From positions 232,302 to 296,301 of the forward strand of contig JBCBUK010000004.1 in NCBI GenBank assembly GCA_039818205.1: a DNA stretch of 64,000 nt, read 5' to 3'. The position numbers were made by a program, and so were the translations under genes. Position 1 is the stretch's first letter. Each line of letters opens with the position of its first letter. Below, piece after piece: positions 10,377 through 19,393 of this stretch. Under the pieces are notes generated by a model. The model saw only the letters and a program-made list of their open reading frames with translations, ran no database searches and was not told where the DNA came from. Source of the stretch: Verrucomicrobiota bacterium. Its GTDB lineage: Bacteria > Verrucomicrobiota > Verrucomicrobiia > Opitutales > Cerasicoccaceae.

Positions 10377-11012
10377 CTAAAGACTGCGTACGACTGCCTT
10401 GGCTACCCCTTGAATGATCAGCTCGGAGACGGGGAAGAGGGCTGGAAAGTCCGGGTTCTCTGCCTTGAGGTAGGGAGCATGACCGCGGGTTTTAACGTAC
10501 CGCTTCAGGGTGGTCTCGCCATCGATCAGGGCGGCAACAATCGCGCCATTGCGTGGATTGGTTCCCGGTTCGACGACGACGAGGTCGCCGTCAAAAATAC
10601 CGACATCGATCATACTGTCACCGCGGACCTTGAGTGCGAACGCATTGGCGTTTCGTCGCACGCTGGTGTACGATGAGTCGATCTGTAGGCGTCCGATTTC
10701 CCCGCCGGATTCAACGCCTTCAGGATAGCCTGCAGCGATTGCTCCGTAGATGGGGAGGGTGACGACATCGTTGTTATCCAAACGAGGGTTTTCGCCGTCG
10801 TCGTAGGCGACTTTAAAGGTGCGGGCTTGGCCCGGAGCTCGACTCAGAAAGCCCTTGCGTTCTAGTGCACGTAAGTGCCCCATCACTGCGTTGGTGCTTT
10901 TGAATCCAAATTGTTCCTGTATCTCGCGAATGCTAGGCCAGAACTGGTTTTCGCGGAATTGGTCCTTCACGAATTGAAGTATTTCCTTTTGTCTTGTGGT
11001 AAGTCCTTTCAT
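10377..11012 (-). CDS. lexA: SOS repressor LexA
   Basis: LTTRQKEIL...PSIREI wHTH, IAAG cleavage site, GDSM catalytic Ser, TLKR catalytic Lys. Confidence 0.95.
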   Translation of the reverse strand: MKGLTTRQKEILQFVKDQFRENQFWPSIREIQEQFGFKSTNAVMGHLRALERKGFLSRAPGQARTFKVAYDDGENPRLDNNDVVTLPIYGAIAAGYPEGVESGGEIGRLQIDSSYTSVRRNANAFALKVRGDSMIDVGIFDGDLVVVEPGTNPRNGAIVAALIDGETTLKRYVKTRGHAPYLKAENPDFPALFPVSELIIQGVAKAVVRSL

Positions 11013-11039
11013 GACGATTCCTTTTACTACTTATATGAG

Positions 11040-11080
11040 TAATGTTTTAATGTTCACTGTCAACTGGATTTTAGGTGAAC
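11040..11080 (-). promoter_or_regulatory. lexA promoter/operator region
   Basis: Consensus -35 TTGACA (11058-11063, minus strand) bracketed by GTTCAC-N17-GTGAAC; tandem TAATGTT at 11040 and 11048; no clear -10 at canonical spacing. Confidence 0.45.
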
Positions 11081-11143
11081 GTAGGAATCGTAGTATTTTT
11101 GTCAAATCGCTGGGGCTTTTTCGGGATCGCCGGGAACGAAGCC

Positions 11144-11175
11144 AAAAGAAAACGCAGCTCGGTTAGAGCTGCGTT
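11144..11175 (-). terminator. Intrinsic terminator for the 11209-11748 gene
   Basis: 10-bp stem AACGCAGCTC / GAGCTGCGTT with 5-nt loop, followed by TTCTTTT on the minus strand. Confidence 0.8.
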
Positions 11176-11208
11176 CTCAACAAGTAAGCTGGGTGCTGAT
11201 CGTTTTGG

Positions 11209-11748
11209 CTATGCAGCCGGTGGTATGGTAATTTCGGCGGCGATTTCGTAGTCGCAAAGATCGTTTGTGGTCGCGATGAGGCGCTCAAGGCCCTCTTGGC
11301 TGGAAATGCTCCCGCGCAAATGAAGTTTGTCGCCGTGGACTTCGTAGATGAGATCCGAAATATTGCTAATTAACCCGGCATCTCGGTGATCCTGCATCAT
11401 GATGACCATGGTCATCGAGCGAATTTCAAAGATTGCTTCGATCGAAGCGTCGTCTTGATTCCCACCTTGGGGAGCGGGAGTCAGTTGATAGCCTGAACCT
11501 GCGGGACTCAGGCGATTGGCTGGAGTGATTAACAAACTGCCATCTTGGCGTCGGATGACGATGCTGGGCGAGAGGTTGCCATCGATGTTCAGATCGGAGG
11601 CGATGGTGCCGATGGTTTGACCTTGCACATCGTGCACGGTTGATCCAACGGTAGAGCCGAAAAGGCTATGAGAGGCGGCCAAGGTAAGAATCCACGCAAA
11701 CCATGCGATGCAACCGTGGCGCAATGTGGGAGAAAATCGGTTTCGCAT
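11209..11748 (-). CDS. Secreted hypothetical protein, PRC-barrel-like N-domain and BON-like C-domain
   Basis: Signal peptide; VGSTVHDVQGQTIGTI resembles a PRC barrel; YEVHGDKLHLRGSISSQE resembles BON. Confidence 0.5.
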   Translation of the reverse strand: MRNRFSPTLRHGCIAWFAWILTLAASHSLFGSTVGSTVHDVQGQTIGTIASDLNIDGNLSPSIVIRRQDGSLLITPANRLSPAGSGYQLTPAPQGGNQDDASIEAIFEIRSMTMVIMMQDHRDAGLISNISDLIYEVHGDKLHLRGSISSQEGLERLIATTNDLCDYEIAAEITIPPAA

Positions 11749-11967
11749 AACTTTTAATTTGGTAAGAATTATATTTATAAACGATTGAAGGAGCGTTCTA
11801 TAGGGAATTTTTTACAATACATATCGATACCGCTACTAATGGGGTGTTTCGCGGTTAATGGGTAGGTGTTATCAATTGGAAAAGTCCTTTCTGGAGGTGA
11901 GTTTACCGATTTTTATCAAAAATTTTTTACAATCTTAGCTCAATTTGGGTGAAGCTATCTATCGACT

Positions 11968-12831
11968 ATGCCGGATAAAAAAAATGTGATCGTCGCTCTA
12001 CTGTCGGGACCTGACCAACCAGGGTTGGTCGCGAAAGTATCTGGGTGGATTTTTGAGCGCGGGAGTAACATTTTGCACGCTGACCAGCATCGGGACGATG
12101 CCGCGAATATTTTCTTTCAGCGCGTGGTTTGGGTGTGCCCGGATGATGAGCGAGTTCGGGAGGAAGTCGCCGGGTTTCGGGCATTTGCTCAGGACGAGCT
12201 GAACATGACTTGCCGGGTCAACCGGCGATCCGACCAGGCAAAGGTCGGCATTATGGTCTCAAAGATCGACCATTGCTTCCACGATATCGCGCTGCGTTTT
12301 CGCGCTGGTGAGTTGCCGGGAAATGCCGTCGTCGCGGTTTCCAATCACGAGGCCCTTCGCGAGGCGGCCGCAAGTTACGGCTTGCCGTTTCACTATGTGC
12401 CAGTCACCCGGGAGAACAAGGTTGAGGCCGAGAAAAAGCAGATCGAGGTCCTGCAATCGGCGGGAATCGAACTCGTGGTGATGGCCCGTTATATGCAGGT
12501 TTTGTCTGAAGATTTTTTGGCGAACATTGGCTGCCCGGTCATCAATATCCATCATAGTTTTTTGCCGGCATTCGCTGGTGGACGACCCTACCACCAGGCT
12601 TACGACCGTGGGGTGAAGCTCATAGGCGCGACGGCGCACTATGCGACGGCCGACCTCGATGAAGGACCAATCATTGCGCAGGATGTCGCCCGGATCACTC
12701 ATCGACTCGGACCCGCTGACCTCGTTCGTCGCGGCAAGGATTTGGAAAAAGCGGTCTTCGCCCAGGCGATCCGTTGGCACTTGGAACACCGAATCCTCGT
12801 TTACAACAACAAGACCGTGGTTTTCGATTAG
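11968..12831 (+). CDS. purU: Formyltetrahydrofolate deformylase
   Basis: N-terminal ACT domain (GPDQPGLVA), ARYMQVLS, INIHHSFLPAFAG, DLDEGPIIAQ. Confidence 0.96.
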   Translation: MPDKKNVIVALLSGPDQPGLVAKVSGWIFERGSNILHADQHRDDAANIFFQRVVWVCPDDERVREEVAGFRAFAQDELNMTCRVNRRSDQAKVGIMVSKIDHCFHDIALRFRAGELPGNAVVAVSNHEALREAAASYGLPFHYVPVTRENKVEAEKKQIEVLQSAGIELVVMARYMQVLSEDFLANIGCPVINIHHSFLPAFAGGRPYHQAYDRGVKLIGATAHYATADLDEGPIIAQDVARITHRLGPADLVRRGKDLEKAVFAQAIRWHLEHRILVYNNKTVVFD

Positions 12832-12952
12832 GGTTGGCCGTGGATGGATTCGGCCACTAGAAGTTGGAGACTACTAAAATGGAACAAGTTGGGAGCGAAG
12901 TTGACCCAAAATCGATGCAGTCCCGCTGCTCTGAACTTTAAAAAGCGTATAC

Positions 12953-13468
12953 ATGTCCAGTTTCAATCCGAGTGACTATGGTCCGGTTTTAGCGGAGTGG
13001 GTTGCGTTGTCGCATCCGATCAACCTTGGCCCGGGGCGGTCCGATGAAGCGCTGCGGGGGAAATTTTGTGGGCTGACCGCGGATCTCGCCTTTGCTGGAA
13101 AGACGATCAAAGACCCAACAATGGCAAAAGCCTGTTTGAGTGCCCTGATGCTGCGCTTGGACTTTCTCGACGATTCGCATGAGATTAGCCAGACGATCGA
13201 TACTCCAACGGGGAGCTTTCTTCATGGGGTCATGCACCGCCGTGAGCCCGACTATGGAAACGCGAAGTATTGGTTTAGGCAAGTGGGTGCGCATCCAGTT
13301 TTGGATCAGCTTGCGGAGGAGTTTCCGGGATTTGAAGCGATTGCCTTTGTGGACCGCGTAGCTAATGTGATCGAAACGGGCACCGAGGAAGAATCAGCGT
13401 GCCAAGCAATTCAACAGCGCGAGTGGGAACTGCTCTTTGACTACTGCTATGAGCAAGCCGTTGGCTAG
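12953..13468 (+). CDS. Conserved hypothetical protein
   Basis: SHEISQ...[18 protein letters not shown] motif, recognised as a conserved uncharacterised family; function unknown. Confidence 0.65.
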   Translation: MSSFNPSDYGPVLAEWVALSHPINLGPGRSDEALRGKFCGLTADLAFAGKTIKDPTMAKACLSALMLRLDFLDDSHEISQTIDTPTGSFLHGVMHRREPDYGNAKYWFRQVGAHPVLDQLAEEFPGFEAIAFVDRVANVIETGTEEESACQAIQQREWELLFDYCYEQAVG

Positions 13469-13480
13469 GCGTCGACTTGC

Positions 13481-14011
13481 TTACTCAGGCGTTTTGATGT
13501 TGGAATCGGCGGGATTGTAACCACGGGCCTTCACGTATTCTGTGACTTTGGCGAGGTCGATTTTGTCGCCCGGGCGGACCCGGTTTTCGGTGAACCAGCG
13601 AAAGTCCATTTCCAGGGCATATTGAATATTTTCGTTCCGCGATCTCACGGGGTTTTCGTCGTGCGCGTACATGTGATGAGTCTCGAGGATGACGCCGTCC
13701 GGGTCGATATAGGCAATGTCGATTGGGAATTTGACGTTCTTCATCCAGAATCCGCGTGGCTCGGCTTTGGGAAAAATGAAGAGCATGCCTTCGTTCTCAC
13801 CCAGGCCGTTGCGATACATTAGGCCTTTCATCTGTTCGTCTCGATTCACGGCGAGCTGCACCTTGATCTCCTGTCCGCCGACACTGAGCGGATAATAGGT
13901 CGAGGCCGGGTCGGGATTGGCCACAGTCGCTGCTGAACCGTCGTCGGACTGACAGGCGGTGGCGAAGGCCAAAAGCAACAGGAGGAAGGGGAGAACGCGG
14001 ATCATATCCAT
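13481..14011 (-). CDS. DUF192 family lipoprotein
   Basis: Lipobox (ATAC), KGLMYR, GMLFIF, FWMKN, PIDIAYID, YALEM. Confidence 0.88.
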   Translation of the reverse strand: MDMIRVLPFLLLLLAFATACQSDDGSAATVANPDPASTYYPLSVGGQEIKVQLAVNRDEQMKGLMYRNGLGENEGMLFIFPKAEPRGFWMKNVKFPIDIAYIDPDGVILETHHMYAHDENPVRSRNENIQYALEMDFRWFTENRVRPGDKIDLAKVTEYVKARGYNPADSNIKTPE

Positions 14012-14072
14012 GGGATTAAGAGAACAAGGCGATGCTTGCCAATGCGAAAGTCAGAGTCCTTCATGGCTTGCA

Positions 14073-14627
14073 ATGAACAAAGCACTCTTTCTCGATCGCG
14101 ATGGCACCCTCAATTACGACGTGCATCACCTGCACGACCCCGACGAGCTGGTTGTGGTTTCGGGTGCGCGCGACGCCCTGATTCAGGCTCGGGAGCTCGG
14201 CTTTCGCTTTTACCTGGTAACGAATCAGAGTGGTGTCGGTCGCGGTTACTTTACCATGGAGGACGTCTATGCCTGCAATGCTCGCCTCTTGGAGCTTCTT
14301 GATTTGGGCGAAGATCTGTTTGATGGTATCATCATTGCGCCTGAGCGTCCGGATCAACCCAGTGAGTATCGCAAGCCGTCACCGAAATTTCTCCAGGAGA
14401 TGATTGCGCGGGATAATCTGGATCCCTCAGCGAGTTACATGTTGGGCGACCGCTGGAGCGATTGGCAATGTGGCATTAATGCCTCCGTCAATCCGGTGGC
14501 ATTGCGGACGGGTAAAGAGCTCGACGAGCAGGCAATGGATCTGGTCAACGAGCATGATATCCCAGTATACGATTCAATCGTGGAGTTCATGAATGAGCTG
14601 TCGGCGAAACTAACTGAGCAGGCTTAG
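14073..14627 (+). CDS. gmhB: HAD-IIIA phosphatase, GmhB/histidinol-phosphatase-like
   Basis: ALFLDRDGTLN, VTNQSG, RKP, GDRWSD motifs; start reset to ATG 14073. Confidence 0.78.
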   Translation: MNKALFLDRDGTLNYDVHHLHDPDELVVVSGARDALIQARELGFRFYLVTNQSGVGRGYFTMEDVYACNARLLELLDLGEDLFDGIIIAPERPDQPSEYRKPSPKFLQEMIARDNLDPSASYMLGDRWSDWQCGINASVNPVALRTGKELDEQAMDLVNEHDIPVYDSIVEFMNELSAKLTEQA

Positions 14628-14634
14628 CGGCTGG

Positions 14635-15417
14635 ATGAGTGACTATTACACACGTTTCGGTGGGATTGGCCGACTCTATGGTGCAGCTGGGTTGGAGCGC
14701 CTGCGCAGTGCCCATGCCTGTGTGGTTGGAGTAGGCGGGGTTGGGTCGTGGTCGGTTGAGGCCTTAGCCCGCACAGGAATTGGCCGCATTACGATGATCG
14801 ATCTTGATGACGTTTGCCTGAGCAACGTCAATCGGCAGCTGCCGGCGCTTGATGGCGAGGTCGGCAAACTCAAAGTCGATGTACTTGCTGAAAGAACTCG
14901 TGCGATCAATCCCGAGTGTGAGGTTTACCCAATTTCAACGTTCTTTACGGACTCCTCCGCAGAGCGCTTGCTGGGAATGGGCTTCGACGTTGTGATCGAT
15001 GCAATTGACTCCGTCGCCAACAAGTGCCGGTTGATTGCGGATTGCCGGCGCAAAGAAATTCCCTTGGTAACGGTTGGCGGTGCTGGTGGGCGACGCAATC
15101 CGGCCGCCGTAAAGGTCGAAGATTTATCACGAACGATTGGCGACCCGCTGTTGGCGAAAGTACGCAAACAGTTGCGACGCGATCATGATTTCCCCCGTGA
15201 GCGTCGTTGGAAGTTCAAAATTCCGTGCGTTTACTCGGACGAGCCGCCGGTTTTCCCTTGGGGTGATGGCACGGTTTGCGCTACGAAAGAGGAGGGCGCC
15301 GAGCTACGTTTGAACTGTGATCAAGGCTTTGGCACGGCAAGTTTCGTTACTGGAGCCATGGGTTTTTCCACGGCGGCTGTCGCGGTTGATTTGCTGTTGG
15401 ATCGCGCCAGCTACTAA
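14635..15417 (+). CDS. tcdA: tRNA threonylcarbamoyladenosine dehydratase (ThiF family)
   Basis: GVGGVGSWSVEALARTG, SNVNRQ, DAID, GGAG, DPLLAKVR, CVYSDE. Confidence 0.9.
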   Translation: MSDYYTRFGGIGRLYGAAGLERLRSAHACVVGVGGVGSWSVEALARTGIGRITMIDLDDVCLSNVNRQLPALDGEVGKLKVDVLAERTRAINPECEVYPISTFFTDSSAERLLGMGFDVVIDAIDSVANKCRLIADCRRKEIPLVTVGGAGGRRNPAAVKVEDLSRTIGDPLLAKVRKQLRRDHDFPRERRWKFKIPCVYSDEPPVFPWGDGTVCATKEEGAELRLNCDQGFGTASFVTGAMGFSTAAVAVDLLLDRASY

Positions 15418-16247
15418 CGGTCCTCAATAAAGAAGCGCTGGAAGTTAGTCTCAACCAGTTGGGCCAAGTCGGCTTGCTCGATTCCTGTGACCTCAGCGAT
15501 CGCCTGATAAGCAGCATTGATGTTGGCTGGATGGTGCAGAGACTCGCCGTCGGGTGCGTGAACAAAACTGACTTTGCCGGGCAAAGTAAATCGCTGCCAG
15601 TCATCGGGTGGCAACATATCCGGGCAATCAGTTTCAACTAGCAAACGGTCGAGTGGAACTTGCATCAGCGCATCGCGGTGACGCTTTTTGCGGTCATGCA
15701 TAACGTAGGCGGAAAAGCTGAAATAGGCACCGAGATTCGCCAGCTCGCGCACCATTTCCGTCGATCCATTATAGCCGTGTAGATGAAAGCCACGTGCCGG
15801 GATCGGGCAGCTTACGAGGGTCTCTTTTAGCGGCCCCCAGGCCTGTAAACAGTGGATGGATATCGGGCGGTTCTCCTGTGCGGCGATGGCGAGCTGCGCC
15901 TCAAATGCCGCTTGTTGTCGTTGCAAGTCGTGCCCCTTGATCCAGCGATCAAGGCCGACTTCACCAACCAAAGCGTTGGGAAAACGATCCAGGTATGTTC
16001 GCAGTCGTTCGAGCCAGTTGTCGGGCGCATCGTTGATGTGCCAAGGATGAAGACCAAAGGCTGGTATGACCCGTGGGTCTCGTTCTGCTAAACTGGCAAC
16101 AGCGTCCCAGTCGTCGGGGTGAGTTCCGTTTACGACAGCTCGTTGCACATCGATCGATTCTAAGTCCGCCGCAATCTGCGTCGCATGGGACAACAGCCGG
16201 CTATCATGCCAGTGACAATGGGCGTCGTAGAAAGAGTGCTCGGCCAT
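15414..16247 (-). CDS. TatD family hydrolase
   Basis: DAHCH, GLHPW, GEVGLD, SIHC, LVETD. Confidence 0.92.
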   Translation of the reverse strand: MAEHSFYDAHCHWHDSRLLSHATQIAADLESIDVQRAVVNGTHPDDWDAVASLAERDPRVIPAFGLHPWHINDAPDNWLERLRTYLDRFPNALVGEVGLDRWIKGHDLQRQQAAFEAQLAIAAQENRPISIHCLQAWGPLKETLVSCPIPARGFHLHGYNGSTEMVRELANLGAYFSFSAYVMHDRKKRHRDALMQVPLDRLLVETDCPDMLPPDDWQRFTLPGKVSFVHAPDGESLHHPANINAAYQAIAEVTGIEQADLAQLVETNFQRFFIEDR

Positions 16248-16259
16248 TGCGGACTGTTT

Positions 16260-16721
16260 TTAGCCAGGTTCGGTGCCAGCCGCAAGGTCGTTGATTGTGC
16301 TCGGTGACTTCCTACGCGCTGGGCGAAACTCCAGGACGCGTCGATAGGTGCCCCAAATGCGATAGACATACACTGCGATTACCGCGCCCAGCACATCCGC
16401 AATCCAATCGTCAAATTCCATATAGCGCCCCGGAGTCGTGCTTTGGTGGAGCTCATCGGCGAGGCCAAAAAGGGCGGTGAACGTAATGGCAAAAATAGTG
16501 CGTCGTGCCTTCGACCATTCTGGACTAAATGCTCGATAGCACGCGGTGGCGAGCAGGCCGAATACCAGCAAGTGTGCGAGCTTGTCGGACGTGAAAAATG
16601 AATTGGGTAGGGCGACTGGATTCCCACCGGACGCAAAGGATATTGCCGCCATCAATGCTAGTGGCCACAGGAAGCCGAGCCACCGTCGGCGGCCATTTTT
16701 GTCTTTGTCTTCGCTGCTCAT
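16260..16721 (-). CDS. VanZ family membrane protein
   Basis: DKLAHLLVFG, DELHQ, PGR, DWIAD; start placed at MSSEDK (16721). Confidence 0.85.
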   Translation of the reverse strand: MSSEDKDKNGRRRWLGFLWPLALMAAISFASGGNPVALPNSFFTSDKLAHLLVFGLLATACYRAFSPEWSKARRTIFAITFTALFGLADELHQSTTPGRYMEFDDWIADVLGAVIAVYVYRIWGTYRRVLEFRPARRKSPSTINDLAAGTEPG

Positions 16722-16830
16722 GGTTCCCGTTCGTCGCGCTTCATTGAACTCAATTGGAAGTGTGGACAAGTCATTTCGCGGAAATGTTTCCATTGATCGG
16801 CCTTAATTCCCTGCTTAGGTTTTTGAGATC

Positions 16831-18528
16831 ATGCGGCGAATGTTGGGCGTTGGATTTTGCCTGGTGGCTCTTATTTTGGGAGTCGCGGGTTGGTTCATGC
16901 CCGCCTATCTGGATGCGGTGGCGCCCTTCGTCCTTCAAGAAGCTGGCTTGCCTGGTCCGCGCCCGATGGCGGCAGCCGAACAATTTTTGGATGAGGGTAA
17001 AGCTGGCCCGGCCTGGCGCATGGAGCAGGCAGTGCGTCCATTGCGAGACCCAAATGGGGTTGAGCTCGTGCCGGGCGAAGACGATCGACTCAACCAGCGG
17101 CTCGCTCAGTTCATTGCCGATCACCCGGAGGATCGCCTGATCGGTAGCGCCGAGGCCTACGGTCAACAGTTTCTTAACCTGGCGCCTCGCCGACCATCGC
17201 TGCCCGAAGGGATCGCTCCGACGCCGTTCATGCATTTGCTATCCCATGAGGACAATCGCCATGCCCTAAAGAGCCTGTTGAGCGGTTCGCGCAATCAGAA
17301 TGTACAAGATGTATTGGCGACGTTGAATCTGACTGGCGTCCGCAAGTTTATGCCCGTGCAATCCGCAGCGGGCGCGCCGCTTGAGTCGTCTATTTTGACG
17401 ACAGCGCTATTGATTCAAAGTGGCTATATGAGCCCTGAGTTTGCGCGAGGAGTCGCTCAAATGGGTCAACATGCCAATGGTGGCGATGCGGCGGCGATCA
17501 GTCGACTGGAGGCCTTTTACCTCTCGGTGTTGGGTGCGGCACAGCGTTTGGATTGGGCGTCATTGGGGATGTGGACACAGATGGCCCAAGATCCGCTCAG
17601 CTTTATGCGGGTAACCACGCTCCTGCGGCAAAGTGGTGACCGCGAAAGCCTGGTTTTTGCCATTGCCTGCCTTAGCCAGCGTCCAGATTGGCTCGCAGAT
17701 TATTATGAAAATTTTGGCAACGACGGATGGCCTGATTTGGAACGGGCGTTCTTGTGGGGGACTGGTCCATTGAATTACCTGCTCGAGTTGCAACTGCCGC
17801 TTTATCGCGGGCCTGCAATTGGTCGCGCGAGCGTTAAGGAGACCCCCTTGTCGCAAGGCAGCGCGGGGCAGGTGTTGGCTTACTTTTGCGCCGAACGCCG
17901 ACTCGTGGCACTTGGCCTGAAGTTTTTCCTGCTACTGATTGCTGGCGTGTTTCTAGCCAGCGGAATGAAGAAAATCTTTGCGTCGCTGAGCGATCCGGCT
18001 TCGACCACCGGAACCATGGCTTGGCTGCAGAATTGCTCCTTGGGTGTCCTGGTGTTGCTTGTCATCGTATCCTGGCAGGAGCCCCAACTATTTGCCCAAC
18101 CGGTGACTGAGCCCGGCGTCTTGTTTTTAGAATTTGAATTACCGGCCGCACAGGCCACAGTGGAGTCCGAAACCATGCCAAACGCATCCCTCGATCAACA
18201 AACCGTTCTTGTCCTGCTCATCTTTTTTATGGTGCAGCTGGTGATCTACGTTGTCTGCCTGGTTAAGGTGAGCTCAGTCAAACGTGCGCCTGTTTCTGCC
18301 GAGACGCGCATCAACCTCCTTGAGAATGAGGAACCGTTGTTTGATCTGGGACTCTATGTTGGCCTGGCCGGAACAGTCATCTCGTTGCTGATGCTGGCGA
18401 TGGGGGTTGTCCAGGCGAGTTTGGTGTCGGCCTATGCTTCGACGCTCTTTGGGATCATTTTCGTAGCGATGCTTAAGATCCTGCACGTTCGTCCGCTGAA
18501 GCATAAGCTGATTCTGGAAAACCGTTAG
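16831..18528 (+). CDS. Large membrane protein with C-terminal MotA/TolQ/ExbB-like transmembrane module
   Basis: N-terminal TM, about 330-aa soluble region, about 5 further TMs; GLYVGLAGTVISL...AYASTLFGI resembles ExbB/TolQ TM2-TM3. Confidence 0.55.
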   Translation: MRRMLGVGFCLVALILGVAGWFMPAYLDAVAPFVLQEAGLPGPRPMAAAEQFLDEGKAGPAWRMEQAVRPLRDPNGVELVPGEDDRLNQRLAQFIADHPEDRLIGSAEAYGQQFLNLAPRRPSLPEGIAPTPFMHLLSHEDNRHALKSLLSGSRNQNVQDVLATLNLTGVRKFMPVQSAAGAPLESSILTTALLIQSGYMSPEFARGVAQMGQHANGGDAAAISRLEAFYLSVLGAAQRLDWASLGMWTQMAQDPLSFMRVTTLLRQSGDRESLVFAIACLSQRPDWLADYYENFGNDGWPDLERAFLWGTGPLNYLLELQLPLYRGPAIGRASVKETPLSQGSAGQVLAYFCAERRLVALGLKFFLLLIAGVFLASGMKKIFASLSDPASTTGTMAWLQNCSLGVLVLLVIVSWQEPQLFAQPVTEPGVLFLEFELPAAQATVESETMPNASLDQQTVLVLLIFFMVQLVIYVVCLVKVSSVKRAPVSAETRINLLENEEPLFDLGLYVGLAGTVISLLMLAMGVVQASLVSAYASTLFGIIFVAMLKILHVRPLKHKLILENR

Positions 18529-18548
18529 GGTCGTCGGTTTGACTCTTA

Positions 18549-19334
18549 ATGGGTCCTGGATTTTATATTACCGTGAGATTGTTCTATATCTTAGGCGCAC
18601 TATTGGCGGCCCTTTCGGTCTCGGCCGAGGACCGACCGACCGTGGTTTTGATTCATGGTTTGGCGGCATCGGGCGCAAATATGTGGCACATCGAGGAGAC
18701 GCTGGATGCGGAGGGATATCGAGTGCTCAATGTCGAGTATCCTTCGATGTCCTATTCCTTGGAAGAGCTTGCCCCTGCGATTCGTGCCGTAGTCGACGAG
18801 TATGTGGGCGACGCGCCGAAGATTCATTTCGTGACTCACTCAATGGGGGGGATCCTGTTGCGGATGATTCAGCGCGATGATCCGATCGAGCAAATAGGCC
18901 GAGTGGTCATGTTGGCTCCCCCGAACCATGGCAGCTATGCGGTCAACGTATTCGAAGGTATCGAGCCCTTTGAGTCGGCCATTGGCCCAGCCGGCTTGGC
19001 CCTGCGAGATGGGGACAACGCCTTCCTGGAGCACCTGGGAACGCCCGATTTCGAATTTGGCGTGCTAGCCGGAAGTCGGGGAGTCGATCCAATCTTTTCT
19101 ACGATGATTCCGGGTCCGGATGACGGCGTGGTCTCGGTCGAAAGCACCAAGCTTGAGGGGATGTCGGATTTTAAGGTGATTCACGTAAGCCATCCGATGA
19201 TCGTGATTGATGCGGAGGCGATGGACAATATCGTCGCCTTTCTGCAGACGGGAGAATTCCTTGAGCAAACGAAGGACCGATCCGCTGAACACTCCTGGCG
19301 GCGGCAAATGCAACACCGTCCACGCTTGCCGTAG
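18549..19334 (+). CDS. Secreted alpha/beta hydrolase (lipase/esterase)
   Basis: Signal peptide, VLIHGL, THSMGG nucleophile elbow, PPNHGS, DDGVV, HVSH. Confidence 0.88.
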   Translation: MGPGFYITVRLFYILGALLAALSVSAEDRPTVVLIHGLAASGANMWHIEETLDAEGYRVLNVEYPSMSYSLEELAPAIRAVVDEYVGDAPKIHFVTHSMGGILLRMIQRDDPIEQIGRVVMLAPPNHGSYAVNVFEGIEPFESAIGPAGLALRDGDNAFLEHLGTPDFEFGVLAGSRGVDPIFSTMIPGPDDGVVSVESTKLEGMSDFKVIHVSHPMIVIDAEAMDNIVAFLQTGEFLEQTKDRSAEHSWRRQMQHRPRLP

Positions 19335-19393
19335 GGAGCTCATTTGCGTCGTTTTTGGCTTTCGTTAAATCGGACTTCTTGCATGATACTTTT

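Noticed and set aside
9906..10676. 256-aa + strand ORF across rnc and lexA
   Set aside because: Antisense to two conserved genes; no recognisable domain
14635..15417. ThiF/E1-like gene as part of a ubiquitin-like or CBASS system
   Set aside because: Motifs match TcdA; no E2, JAB or cyclase nearby. The same holds for moeB at 43112-44257
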